A stretch of DNA of 64,000 nt from Lingula anatina (lineage: Eukaryota > Animalia > Brachiopoda). Position 1 is the first letter of the stretch, and each line of letters starts with the position of its first letter. The notes below the pieces were generated by a model. The model was not told where the DNA came from. It did not search any database and worked only from the letters and a program-made list of their open reading frames with translations. Below are positions 1 to 15,639 of the stretch, piece after piece. Location: the NCBI GenBank assembly GCA_051362555.1, contig CM120641.1:25922401-25986400 (forward strand), given 5' to 3'. A program made the position numbers and the translations under genes.

Positions 1-3000
1 ATTATTTTCATCAACCTCATTACTGGATTTCCACAATATTGGTATTTTTTACCTGAAATGCCCCGATTGACAAATAGACTCATCAATTACATCAACACAC
101 TCAGCCTATCAAAAATGATTTGCCTCACAGATTCTTCATTCTATCAATTGCTCGAATGAAACAAGTTGTACATAATGAAATTACTTGCTGGCAATGTACA
201 TGCAGTTATGATCTAGCTGCTTTGTCATGCCTTATCACAAGGGCTGTAAATTACTAACTGGACTTATAAAGGCAGTTATTATGTATCTGATGAAATGCAA
301 ATCACGGATATATGTTAAATGGTATCTCAGTCATACCCATAAACATTTGACAATTGAACTAAATATTAGATGAAAAGAGTGCATGTGAATTATCACGCTC
401 TATGAATACGCAGTTTATAAATTATAGCACTCATAGTTAAGCCCCTAGAGTAGGCTTAATCAGCAAAACTCATTGGCCTGTAAGCAAATAAGTACTGTAG
501 CTGCATTATTTTCCATGCAATATTCAGTTTAGCTATTAACAACGAATAACATGGAGATGGTTCACATATGTAAAAATCTTGAATTGCAGGAAATTCCTAC
601 CCTCTACCAGGGTCGCAGTTATTATTGTGGACATTTTTGGCTGAATGACATCAGATCAAAATGACTATTCATCTAGAGACATATATCTGTGAATATCTGT
701 TGAAAATCAATCTGTCGCCCTAGTAGAGGGTAGGAAATTCCCATGATTTTATATGAAGAAAACCGAAATACTGGCACAGAATGGATATAATAAATATTCA
801 ATAAATTTATTCCAATACATTCATGTAAATATTTGACCAAAATGATTAGTCCAAACAATCTTTTTTTACAAAGAAAAACAATTTCCTCCAGTATGCCTTT
901 GCAGCCATTAAAAACTTGGGCCAAAAGTAAAAACAAAATTTTCTGAAAAAAAGAAAAACCAGAGTGTCAACAGTTGTTACCCCTCAAACATCTGAGAAAT
1001 AATTGTCTTAACTTACGGCAAAGTAGAAATATTCAAACATGTGTAGCTCTATCTACCTGGGAAGATCTTGGGAAGATAAAGCTGTGGTGCACTGCATCTG
1101 TTAACAGTTCTCCCCTGACAGGTGCTGATTTCTTGCTTGCGGGCACGGCCAGGAAATAACAGCTCACCCGCCTGCTCTAACATTTACTACTCCCGTCCTG
1201 TGCAGGCTCCACTAGTTAACAAGCCAACTGCAGTACCGAAGGTTTAAATGAATAGGAGCTGGTTAGACATCCATATACTCTATCGGCTCTATGCTCGCCT
1301 TTTTTTCCTGTAAATACAACCAGGGGCTGCTTTGAAGTAGAGACTTGTGCTGAGCGTCAATATGCTGAAGAAATATGCTCTTGACTGTTGTCCCTTTTTT
1401 AAAGCAGCCAATTCTTTCTCTGAAACAACTCAACAAGAACCAAAAGTAATTGATGAAGGATATTTATCTATCCTGCAGAATCCCTTTTTTTTCTACATGA
1501 ACATGAACCAATGCTGGTACTGATCGAAGCAAGCACAGCTGATGAGAATCAGTGGTCAAGATGAATGAAAGATGGTCCTCAGTACAATTCCTAATGCCTT
1601 AGTACACTGTAACTGCGATATGAAATGGTAAATCATAAGCTAAATCCAAAACCGAAGATTAAAATGATGACATTCATTTGTTGACTATAAGAACCGATCC
1701 AAAGCTCCAACTCCAAGACCCTGTCCAACTGGCAGTGATTTTCAAAACCAGTCCATTGCCAACAGATTTTTCTCCTCCACACTAAATCTCTGTTCCTTTA
1801 AATGCCAGCATCCGACTATATTGAATGTTCAATAAAAGCTAATCACTTCCAACACCCTGACTTGCTATTATTTGTCCCCCATTCACCAGAGGCTGAATCA
1901 TGTCAGAATAAATCTGCACAGACAAAAAGAGCAGGGATTGATAGTGAAGAGCAGAACTATCTACCATTGATTTGCAACTAAATCTTGTTAAAGCAATTGG
2001 TTCTTATGAATATTTGATGCACGTTAGAGTTGTCCCTCAAAAATCTGAAGCGCTTCGCTGTAATCAATCTGCGCTAATGCGTTTGCCGAAACCGTTCAAC
2101 AGCAACTGGGACTTTCTCCAATACTTTCAGTATTTGTGAAAGGCATTAAAATAAACTTGTGAACACTACCCTTCCATTTAAAGGGCACAAATCAATGGCA
2201 GCCTCCGGGAAGTAAATAGTTACCCTAAGTACGGTGCTATTAATTAACGAAGACTGCCATGCAAGAAAGACAAGAGGATTAATATGATCCTTCCTCAGAG
2301 CAGCTCTACCTCTTAGATTCTTGAATTATCCTTAATTTATTAGGAAAAATTATATAAGGAACAATGTTATAAACTTAATTGCTGCTTTATCAAGGGGGAC
2401 TTATGATTTGATGGGACCTTGGTCCAGCGTTCTTTAAATGCCTATGGATCATGATTACAGCCAGGTTATTTTAGTTACAGCCCAACCCATTCATTTTAAA
2501 CTTAATATTCGAAAAAGGCTGGACTCCTGAGAGATTTCATTAATATTCAATATTCACTACTGAGATTGGGAATTAAATAGAATGTACTTTTACCTGCACT
2601 TGGATGAATCTATCTAACACTGAAGTGCTTCATTTCCATAAAGCCATCTATAATCAGACTTCCCACATTCATTGGTTCAACATCAATTCTCCCAAAAATA
2701 ATCTTTTATACTAAAGAGGAAACAAAAATTAATCTTTAAAATTAAAGACACTTTCCCAGTTAAATTCCATGTATAATTTCAAAAAAAAAAAATTTTTTTG
2801 TTAAATTCTTATTAAATTTTAATTAAAAATGTTCTGCATGTTAGAATTACAGTGAAGAATACAAGTCTTTTCAAATCCTTAACTTGGCAAAACCTACGAG
2901 CCCTGAGAAATCATCCATATGTACCTAATTTCTTGATGGAACAAAACAAATAAATATAATATTTTGTCCATCGATACTATTACTGGCAAAAAAACCATTA

Positions 3001-4902
3001 GTGATGTAATATGGTAATGACTCGATCTTTTCAATGGGCAAAAATTATTAAACTTTCAGATACATAATTCTATAATCAGAAAAATTATATTTTTATATAG
3101 TACTGCACAGAATAGAACTATAGAGTAGCCTCCTTTTTAATTCTGTTGCTAAAACTCAGTATAAATGTTCTAAGTTGAAGAAATCATGCCTGTAAAAATC
3201 ACAATTTTTTCCTCCATTGAAAAGACCAAGTAATTACTGGACTTGTGTAACACTCTTTTAATTGCCCCAACTGCCAAGTACATCAATGATGATGCAATGT
3301 CCAGGAATACACCTCACTTATACTTAATATCATATCACATCATATCATATCATATCAAGTACATGACCATAGAAGTGTTGGCTTTAATAAAGACATTCTG
3401 GTGACATATGTTTTACCCATGCTTTGCAATAAAATTATTTAATTACAATTTTCTGAATAAACAAAACATACATCAATGACAAAAGAGCTTAATCTGATAC
3501 CTCAATGGGGAACAATATCCAGCATGTTTTATCAAATATATATACTTTTGCTTTTATTTATATTCAAGTTTGTCAGACCAAGTTACACAGTGCAGAGTCA
3601 CATTTTTTTGTTTCCTATGTGAAGTTAGCCTAGGCCATGATTAAATAAACTGAAGTATATACTTGTTGTTAGTCTTTCACAAAAATAGAGCAGCTGATAC
3701 TTAAAAAATAAGAAGAAGAACTGCAATCAAATAACATATATATTTTCAGGATTTTTAAAAATCTTTTTCATGAAAAAAAAAATTGAAATGGTAAAAACTA
3801 TGGTGTTGTTGGGCTTCTGTAATTGGCACTGAACAATAGTACATTATTGACAAATAAATACTTATAATAATTTAAGAATCAAATTCAACACATGATATCA
3901 AATAAACTTTCTTCTAATATTTTTGTCTAAAAATACACCTTCCTTCAACAAGAAAATGTACAGAGCAGTCTGTGCACATGCTCAGGTTAGACTTCATAGG
4001 TCTTCTTTCCACTTCAATTCCCAAAGGAACGGTAACCAGATTTGCTTCAGTTGCGTAAAACATGATTGTCACAAATGATTTCCCACAATTCAAGACTATC
4101 CTTCACAATTTCATTTCCCTTGATCTATCATCTCCCCTTCTCCTTGCTATCTCATCTCCTTTTATATAAACCACTGCCATTTGCACATGCTTTAAACGGA
4201 AGATGCATTGCAATATCAACCATTCTGAGCCATTTTTACTATCCTTGAGTAAATGGGTGCGATTCCAGATAATGCCATTTTGGGGAACAGTATATGAGCA
4301 TACAATAACACTGTGGGCAAACAGTCATAAAACCTTAATACTTACCTCACAACGAAAGCTAATTTGCATCATCGGGGATTGAGAATCTATATTTAAAGTC
4401 AGTTAAAGGTTAAAATGTAAAATTAATTTTGACAGTGCAGCAATGGATTGTGGTTACAATAAGGATGTTGGCAAATATCCAATTTTTTTTCTTTAAACTA
4501 ATGGGAAACTAAGTTAATATACAGGAATAAAAAATCTACATTAACATGCAAAATCGTTGTATAGAAATAAGAGCACACTGAGCAAATACAATAAAAAAAA
4601 AAAACCATTTCTTCCTTAACACATTATTTATGAGATTTTAAATTTAATGAAGAAATGAAGAGCTGGGGATATTTCCCTTTTCCAAAAATTAATAATCATG
4701 TCTATGATATATTGATAGCTTACTTACTGAATTTAAAAATCTGAAATTATATTTTACAAAATATCCTGTGATTTTTTTTTGCTTAGAAAGAAATTCTGAC
4801 AAAATAATTTATCCAGGCACGAATCAAATTAAAATGAAAAGGTTAAATATCAAATAAAAAAGGCTACATTTCAGTTACCTATGATGACGTGGAAGAAAAA
4901 AA

Positions 4903-4905
4903 AAA

Positions 4906-4952
<47 letters not shown>
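4903..4952. repeat. (AAAT)n microsatellite
   Basis: About 12 perfect AAAT units after an A-tract. Confidence 0.95.
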
Positions 4953-7900
4953 CTATAAATGTATGTACTTTTTTCCATAGTATGTAATAGTAGGGGCTAA
5001 CTCAAGCACTTAAATTGCACCCATTTTACGCATCTGACACCTAATACATAGAAAACTCCACAAAATCAGCTCAAAACTTTAATTCAATTTTGTTGATTTT
5101 TTTTTAATGAACAAATTGCAGTTATGCATGAAAATAAGAATTCCTAAATTAAAAAAAAGACCTCTGCTCAAGCAGCACTCAGGGCACTGACCCCAAATTG
5201 CAATACTCTAGATAAGCCACCTATCTGATTGTTGCCCAATTTATTAGCACCTGTGCTATCCCAGGGCATATACATGCATGCTTAAACTCCCATACGCAAT
5301 TGACTTAACCCAGGTAAAGAAAACAGATCAGGCCATTAACAAAACAAACCCTCCTTAATAATCAGACTCCTTAATGGCATGCCATAGCTCTTATATATTT
5401 AAAAAAAAAACATGTACATTGACAATGATTGTACATTGTACAACATCACCATACAAAAATATCCTTACTACATGTATTACTGAATGCATAAATTTTTAAA
5501 ATAAAAGTCTAAAAAAATCATTAAAAAGTCATCAATAATCAAAAAATGAAATAACAATCAATAACAGATGATATTTACGTGAATCAGAATGAAAGTTGGA
5601 TTAATTAAATGGCATAGATCTACGTCTGTGTAATAGTAAATATACCATGCACAAAGCTGCGCGTGTAAATTAAGGCTGCATACAGCTACAGGGAAATGCA
5701 ACCATTTAACTTTTACATTAACAGGCGCGACTGTTCAGCCTAGTCGTACTCCCAAAAGGACTATACACATGTTGGCAATGGTTCAAATATGATGAACAGT
5801 GTTCGGGACCACTTCTCCAATATTGTAAGCTGCAAAGATCTACTAAACTGATATTTTCATCTTCAATTACTCTCAGATTCATTCCTTCAGGACCAGTCAA
5901 AAACATATTATGCACGACCTGCAAACGCTGTGCTCTGCCGCTTACAGAAGGATGCTATTAAAGCAATGCATGCATATCCTATCATTTATCTGACAGACAT
6001 AAACAGCCCAGTGCTATAAAAACAGTGGGCCGAGGTCGCAAGAATAATAGCTCGTTACGCAGTCGCCAAAATCAATGAAGGTGACCATTTTCACTAATAG
6101 CATGCATACGCAACATACGAAGTGTACATAGAATTTCATATTTGCTTACCTATTTAAATATTTGAAACTGTATTGAGGCAAGTACACGCGTCCCTACCTC
6201 ACGGCCTTCTACAACACGTCAGCCATGTTGACATTCCGAGTAATGGTGGGGGCGCCATGCATCGGTCGATTTAACAAGAGGAGACCAAGCCGTATTTTCC
6301 TGGAAATTGACTCAGATGCTCAAGTGTATAAAACAGTGAAACAGAAGCACGCAAATCGAAGAAGAGTAGAATAACACGTACTTTCCAGCTGTAACATCAG
6401 TGAAACCTTTCGGAGGGTAAAACAAAATCTGTGACAAATCATTATTTAAAAGGGTTATCCACAGAAAACTGATAAAAACAGTGTTTTTTTGTCATCATTA
6501 AATCAATAACTCCTTACAGAATGGAACGTCCCCAACCGCAAAATTCTCTCCTCTCCTTCACCACAGTAGCTGAACCACTGAGCCCAGAAAATATCAACGC
6601 ATATCAATTCACCATGAAACAAAAATTCATTCATAATGCATTATGTAAGCATCCGTAGCAGGTAGAGAAGAAAACACACACGCAGTTGCTTCTAGAAATA
6701 ACCCTTTCTCTATCACATATCGGACATATATAGGCCTACGTGAGACACGCAAATTTCCTCAAAAACCATGCGTACATTAAAACTGGTATACGCATGAGCC
6801 AGTTTTTTCTTTAGAAACCCAACGGCATTAGGAAATTGCAGAGGAAATGTTTAGTCAGTTCAGCGCTAGTACGTCAGAGTTAAGAATTATCTGAATAACC
6901 GCTGGGCTATAGGCCTATATTTACGTATATAAAATCTCCCTCTTTATACTTTAATATATATCTTTAATCATGAGGTAAAATCTAAACATAAAGATACAGA
7001 AAATAGGAGGTAAATGTCCCCAGTAGTTCCGTCTTACGGAATTTTCAACCTATAAATTTTCAATTTATTAAACGTAAGAAGTAGGCCCCTACATGTAGCT
7101 TTATCCCCGGTGTGGCTGGTGCATCTCAAGTGATAGGCCCTTAAAAAGATTCAACAAATTTTCTTTTGTTTTTGCATTGTTCCAATAACGTATTGGTAGG
7201 AAATATAACTATTACCATGAACATTACCTGTGACTTGATGAATGATTCATGAAACATGGTGCTTGGACCACGCAATACAATTAAATCTTACAAGCTTAAA
7301 AATGATTGTATCACTCTACCTGAGGCGCAATTTTTATGTATTATTTTTTGTCATGCTTGTGGTGGAATTTCCAGGACGGCAATGTGCCCCTTGAAGCGTC
7401 CTAGTCGAAGTGAAAAATCAAACTCTTCAAATAATTCTTTACCCTGAGGCTATGGTGTCTCGAATACCTTTGCATCTCTTAACGTTCACAGCACCGTTGT
7501 TAAGAAAAAAAAAAATAGGCTTAATAAAGAAAAACAAACCAACAGATGTGTGAAATGGATAAGATAAAGTGAAATGAAAAAATTGAAAGAAAAATGATGA
7601 ACAAAGAATTACAACTAGGGTATCCATATACAGGAGTAAAAAAAACAACTAATTATTCAATTGATCTAATAATGACATACCATACACATAGCGTATATAT
7701 GTTATCTTTCTCGGCAGCGTTTTGAAGCGCCAACTCGCTTTAATGGCTCTTTCCTACCGGTGAGACGGCGCATTAGGCGGTAATAAGTGTATTTAGTGAG
7801 ACTAGATGTCTCCAGAGAAGTGAGCGAGGTCAGAAGGTAACATTACTTGAAAGAATGGAGACTCATTTTCCACACGTTAGATAGGAACCGTAATTAGATT

Positions 7901-9346
7901 ATATGATTCCAAATTGGTACTGGGTACCCTGCGTTTCGCTTTAAAATTAGGTTCTCATTGAAGTGGTCAGCTTTTGAAGCATGTGTCCAGGTTAAGCCTT
8001 ATACAAGTGAGAGCAGGAGAGAAAAAAGCAGGCGTGGTGACATCATGGCAGCTTTGAATTGTTGCCTTTCTCGGCTAATGTGCCAAATTGGCTGAAATGG
8101 GGGAGGGGGGTGACAATTCAACAATTGTCGATCAGGTAGAGAAATAAAGGGCAAGCAATAATAAAAATATATAAACTATTTCTAACTATAAGGACAATTT
8201 TTATATTTCAACATTAATGGCACGAGTTGAAGGTACACGAAAGAAATATTTTGTATCAACTAATAGCAATTTTATTTTGTTTGAAAAATTATAATATAAG
8301 TAATTAGAAACTTGAAATAATGAACTGAGGTTCATAACTGTAAGCAATGTAAAATACTTAGATTTTTAATGAATTAGGTTTGAAGTTGACAAAGGACATT
8401 CTGGGAGTATCGAACATGAACGCTTTTAATTACTTCTGCGTAGAACAGGCCAAGATGATACATAAGCTTTTTATATATCCAGATACCCATACTTGTCAAG
8501 CGAGAAAAACGGTGATCAAATCAGTTTTATTTTAAAAGATGCTTTTCTTGGTACTTTACATTTGTAACAAGGCCTCTAATTATTTGTAGTGAAATCATTA
8601 GTTTTCATTATGATATACTTCACTACCTTCATGCCAATGTTATTTCAATTGGTAATCTAATTAAGACAACTTTAATTCCCAAGGTTTTTAAAAAAGTTAA
8701 TATCTTACTATGGAATGTTCACTTCTGCTAATTAATTAACAATATGGTAGTGACACCATTTGGAACTTAGATATGGTGTCAGTTTTCCTTTGGTCTTACG
8801 GTTCATGAAGTTGCACCAACACATCCTAAATGGTCAACCGCCAAAACTGCAGGGGCTTATATACAGAAGCCTTTTCACCTTATCAAATAATATAAATGTG
8901 GATATTACCATATTTATAACATATAAAATTGCTTTTTTATGGCATTTCCTCAAATGATCAATTATTCATCATTTCATTGTCCTGAATAATATCATTCCCC
9001 ATAACAATTAACATAGTACTTAACTTTTTTTTGCATTTTTTTAAAACTCATTTTGTCAATTCATTAATATATATGTACACCATCCAAAGTTTCGATCCTC
9101 TATCAATTCACCAATACTATTCTATTTGTTTTATACTAATGCTTATATACAAATGAAGGTTATTTAAGCACGGCTATGTATGTCCTAATATTTATATATA
9201 TATAATCCTGTGAAATGGTGGAAAAAATTAGATCCATTCAATGTTTAACTCGAACAAAATCAATCAGATTCACTGTTATTTTGTCAGCAGCTCCTAAGCA
9301 TTGTGTCCTTCAAAATGATAAAAACCATTAACAGTAACAGTCCAAG

Positions 9347-12300
9347 TTAACTTGGGCTAACACCCAGTTTTTCTAACACTCCCAGTCCTTTCTCTTGGTA
9401 TTCTTCACGTGTCATCCAGAATGAGTCCTTATCTTTCATAATAGATGCCAACACAGCACCACCCAAAAACACCATGTGCTTCCTTCTGGGTGGATCTTCT
9501 ATACGAATCTTGAATTTCTACAATAAAAGTAAAATAAAGCAATGAAACTTGATTACAGAACATCCAGACTTTCAATATCTTAACATTAATCATGTACGCA
9601 AAAATAAATACACAAATAAATAAGAATAATAACAACAAATAAGTGAAAATAAGTACTACAAACAGATTAAAAGTTCTATTGGCATATTTTCTTTTATACT
9701 GAAAAATATATTTCTTATATTGCAAGAATAGGAAAAAGGAAACTATATGCTCTTTACCTTAATCAAGTAAAACTGGAAGGGAGAGAATTGGCAAAAAAAT
9801 TTAGAGAAAAACTTAATAAATAGCCAATGAAAAACATGGAATGCCCACTGCTCTATTGAAATATTTAAAAACAGCAGCAACTGAGATGCTTACAGATAAC
9901 TTGGTTGTATCTCCCCTGAGCACTCTCTCCAGATAGAGTTGCTTAATCTCTCTCTCTAAACGACTGGGAAGCCCTGGGTACATGGTGGATCCTCCAGATA
10001 GCACTATATGTTTGTAAAACTCTGGCCTTGTGTCCATGTCTGCAGCCTGGATGGTGCTGAACAGTAACTCTGCCATGCCCATGCCTTCCACATTGATTAA
10101 GTGTGGCTGGAACAGGGCTTCTGGGGCCTCAAATCTCTCACCACCAACCTTGATCGTTCTGCCATCAGGTAACTGAAAAAGAGCATGCAATACAATTTAT
10201 TGAAAAAATTTTGACGTGGGGGGAAAATGATCCTCAAATGTTACATTCCGTTTTATTCAAAGTCTCTGAATGCACAAAATCCTTGATCCTTAGTGCACAA
10301 TTCAGTTTCTGGATGCAATATTGAGCTACTCAAATAAAACACAACCAAAAGTGGATAGGACTTGCAATGGATGTCTCAAGTTATTGGATGCCTTTCCACT
10401 TATGCCATTATGACTCACTGCAAAACACAACAGGAATCAAATAAATATATATCAGCAGTTTAAAATTACCTTACCAATAAAATTGTTTCACACATACTAA
10501 ATTAAGTAACAAAATTATTTAACGCTCAGAGGCAGATCTTAATTATTATTCAAGCGCCAATAAATCTGACTCACAGAATATGACTCCACCAGAACTGTTG
10601 TTTCTACTGCTAACTTTTGTTCAGATTCAATGTCATATCCTACATAGCACAATTTTTCCTTCATCATGCGCACAGTCTCAAAATCTGCAGAGTGATTGAA
10701 AGCATAGCCTCTCAATAACAGCAACTGGAATACCAAGATATAGATAACATTGAATATTTTCACATTAAGTGTTCCACTGATTATGAATGGTATGGCTTCC
10801 CTCATCCTTTCATTCATAATTTAAAAAATTCATACTATTCTATAGTATTCTTAAAAGTGAATTTTAAAGCACAATCAAATACAGGTGTTAAGTTTTACTT
10901 GGAAACAATGAGAAAAAATGTTAAACATAAAGAAGTCATTGCACATTGAACTTTTTCAAAACTTCTGAAAAACAAAAAAGTTAATAAAATCACTAAAGAC
11001 TTTCAAAACATTTACCAAGTGTTTAAAATATAAATCTATTGAATATCCTGAAAGAACACTAGACCATAAGATAAGCAACAATATTCATGTGTTTCACACT
11101 TACCTTGATAAGATATCTGGTTATGTCTCTACCAGCAATATCTAATCTTCTTGTCAAATGTGGAAGTGCAAAGCCTTCATACACTGGACATATGTGTGTC
11201 ACACCATCCCCTGAATCTACTACAACTCCTGTGAGTAAACCTGCAAAATGAAATCAAGTATTATTTATTTACTATATCACCAGTGTTTGAGCTGGAAATC
11301 TGTCTTGCAATAAAAGCAGTAGACACTTGGACAAACATAGAAATTGTAGATCTGACAATATTATCTGGCAGTGGCAAAAGTGACAAATTTGTGTTTTTGC
11401 AAATAACTTTTTATTGGCATAGAAATATTTTCATGAGATATTCACAAGCATGTCAAGAAGGTCTAGTGGTAATTACCTTGTGCATAAAGTGTCAACACTG
11501 CCTGTATAGCAATGTATACACCTGCAAATTGGTACTTCTCAAACATAACCTGAAAGAAAGTGTTAGAGAATTAGAAGGAGCAAGAATTAACAAAAGTTAA
11601 TCGTGCATTTTATAAACGCATACCCCTTTACCATGAAGTTTAAACTACCTGACAGAATTTTATTGTAGTATGTTTTTATAAAATTAAGAAATACAGGCAG
11701 GCACTGCAGAGTATTGAATACAAAACAAATAGTTTCATAATAAAAATGTGACAGGTTATTAATGCAATTATTGAGCAGAATTAAAAATAAGTGTTCAATC
11801 AATTCTAAAACTATATTGCATCCTAAAAAAAAAAAGGCAATGGGGTATTATTTTGCTAAATGAAATACAGGCAGCATTGTATTACCTCAATCATCTTTTC
11901 TCTATTTTTTGTTGGATTCATTGGTGGTTCAGTCAGCAAAACCTTGCAGTCCCTGGGTTTGATATTGAGTTTATCTTCTCCAAATGTATAGTTCCACACA
12001 TGCATCATGTCTTCCCAGTTCCTCACTATCCCATTCTCCATGGGGTAGTTGACTTCTAACATGGACCTCAGTTTACTGGCATCATCTCCAATCATCAAAT
12101 CCTGGGTATTTTAAAATACATTAAAATCAGCCTTCCTTTCATTATGAAAAGTAAGGGGTCATCTTGTTTTTATCATCATTTTCACAAGCCTACAAAGAGT
12201 AGATTTTTCCAGACCCTCCTCCACAGAGTAAAAGATGAAAAGCTAAAAATGATGACTTTTGACAACAATTTAGATAATCCCTCACCCCACTCAGACTACT

Positions 12301-13001
12301 AGTGCTAATACACAAATGCTTACTAGTACCTTGATTTCTATATCTCCAACTTTAGTATTAGACCTGATGATAGGCCTTCCTACCAAGGAAGGGAAGATGT
12401 GTTCTGGAAAGTTGGAACCTGCATAACCACATTTGACAAACTGAAAATAACCAAGATTATAAAGTTAAAAGATCTGCAAAGCCAGTCTCTCTCCTATTAG
12501 TCCTAACTCAAAAAAGTTTTTAGCATCTTGACACCTTGAGCAAAGCCACATGAAATGTTACTATCCTATGTTCCTGGAATCTCTTTACTTGAAGAGTGCA
12601 ATGTGATTAAACAAATGTACTGTGATTTACTAATCTGTCCACTAACTTTTATAGACTTTCAGAAATAGTAGGATATACAAGTAGGTTTATACGTTAAGTT
12701 TTTAACAATTGTAGCAAAATACACCATAAATAACTAGCAAATAGCAATTAACAATAATCTAAACCTATTCTAAAATCAAACGTCAGAAGTTAGAAGGCGG
12801 CAATTGTCAAATTTTAATCAAAACTCATCATAAATTTGTATGATGGGGCAGTACTTCCGTGAACGCCAAAAACAAGCTGACCGGCATCTCAAAATATAGA
12901 GTATATGAGACGGTCTACAGTGTCAACGAATAATCCAAAGTTTAGATACTAACCCCAGTGCCATTATCGCAAACTATAACTTTTCTCCCTTGGCTGTCCA
13001 T
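9347..13001 (-). CDS. ACTR2: Actin-related protein 2 (Arp2/3 complex subunit), 8 coding exons, 394 aa
   Basis: Exons 12954-13001, 12330-12440, 11886-12101, 11477-11549, 11104-11240, 10575-10724, 9894-10172, 9347-9517. All GT-AG and phase-consistent; total 1185 nt. Translation [39 protein letters not shown]...[18 protein letters not shown]...[18 protein letters not shown]...[19 protein letters not shown] is Arp2. Confidence 0.97.
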
Positions 13002-13190
13002 CCTCGATGGGCTGAGATTTAAACGTTAAACACCTATCCAAGCACAGACGACTTTTTTCCTTTACCGTAGACCCTCCCCATCAATTCCTGAGACATGTGT
13101 ATTGAATGCATTGATTGGATTATTTCTCACACCACGGTGAGACTGGCCAATAAAATGCGTTTTTACATACTAACCTAGGCATTATCCAAG
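13002..13190. promoter_or_regulatory. Bidirectional promoter between ACTR2 and NENF
   Basis: Divergent start codons only 189 bp apart; oppositely oriented CCAAT boxes (ATTGG 13114-13118, CCAAT 13147-13151). Confidence 0.7.
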
Positions 13191-14460
<1,270 letters not shown>

Positions 14461-15001
14461 CACAGCTCCCATTTTGTCTATTAAAAAAGGTATTTTTCTA
14501 TATATTCACAGCTGTGATGCACAAAATTCCAGGTGTGGCATTACTTTTTCATGGTGCACCAACATTGCAATATTTTTTACTTTTTCACTTTATATGATTG
14601 CAGTACAGAAGCCTGAACCTCTTCTTCAGGATTAGGAAACTTATAAATGCTGTTGAATTTTGCATGCAGCTCATAATATTCTGAATGTTGTTAAAGGTTC
14701 TAGTATTGGTGCCCTCGTGAAAGCCATCTGCACAATACTTAAAAGGTTGGAGAAAATGATATGTGCCATGTCAGTAAACTTGCATTTAATGTTTAATGAT
14801 ATTTTTTGTGAAGATCAAAGATGAAACAAAGTACATAACAAACCAGGAAGATTCCTATAAGAGAGTCCACATTTATTGGTTCTGTGCTTTATATTTTTAT
14901 AAACTTTTGAGCCAGTGGTAAACGTATGACAGCAATTTAAACAAGCCTATAGCTTAATAAAGATGAATGAAACAATTACTTGATGTGTCTGTTGTCCTAA
15001 A

Positions 15002-15333
15002 AGGGATAATAACTCTTCGTTTCGGCCAAAAAATGAATTTTCCTGGAGTAAGCAACAATTTTCCCATACTTACCAATGGTTAATGAATCCATTTTTACAT
15101 TCAAAGTCAGTCCCTGGTTTTTTTCTAAAAAGTTTGGTTTTTTGTTAAAATCTCTTAAGAGATTTTAACAGAGTATAGCCATAAATGGAGGTCACGTGGT
15201 CTAAAGACAAGCTCAGATATCAGAATAATAGCTATAACTGCCGTTTTTGTGGTAAAACAATATATATTTCTATGAGTTATTCTCAATGTTTTTATTGTGA
15301 AATATAGATCTCATACGAAGAGTTATTATCCCT
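15002..15333. mobile_element. Non-autonomous DNA transposon (MITE), Kolobok-like termini
   Basis: Terminal inverted repeats AGGGATAATAACTCTTCGT / ACGAAGAGTTATTATCCCT, flanked by TAAA (left) and TTAA (right); no ORF. Confidence 0.6.
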
Positions 15334-15639
15334 TTAAAGGTTTTTAGAAAGTTTCCTCTATTGCAATAGGTGCAGTGTTTTATGAAGTGCCCTTACCAAT
15401 TAACAGATACAGTTATTCCTGTGCATTCCATTTAGTAATTTCAAGCAAATATTTGTCTCTGTTACTTGACATGTTCAGGTATGTAGTACATGTATTATAT
15501 ACATGTACCCCTTTTATTAAAATACTCCTTTAACTTGAAAGAAAAGCAGTAATAACATCAGTAATTTTGTCTGTTTTCTGAGTACCAAATGTAAACATTT
15601 TACACAAATCTCCCCCCCCCCTCCATGATTTTCAAAACA

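Noticed and set aside
1-9300. Short ORFs of 60-87 aa in the left 9 kb
   Set aside because: AT-rich, no homology motifs and no consistent coding exon chain.
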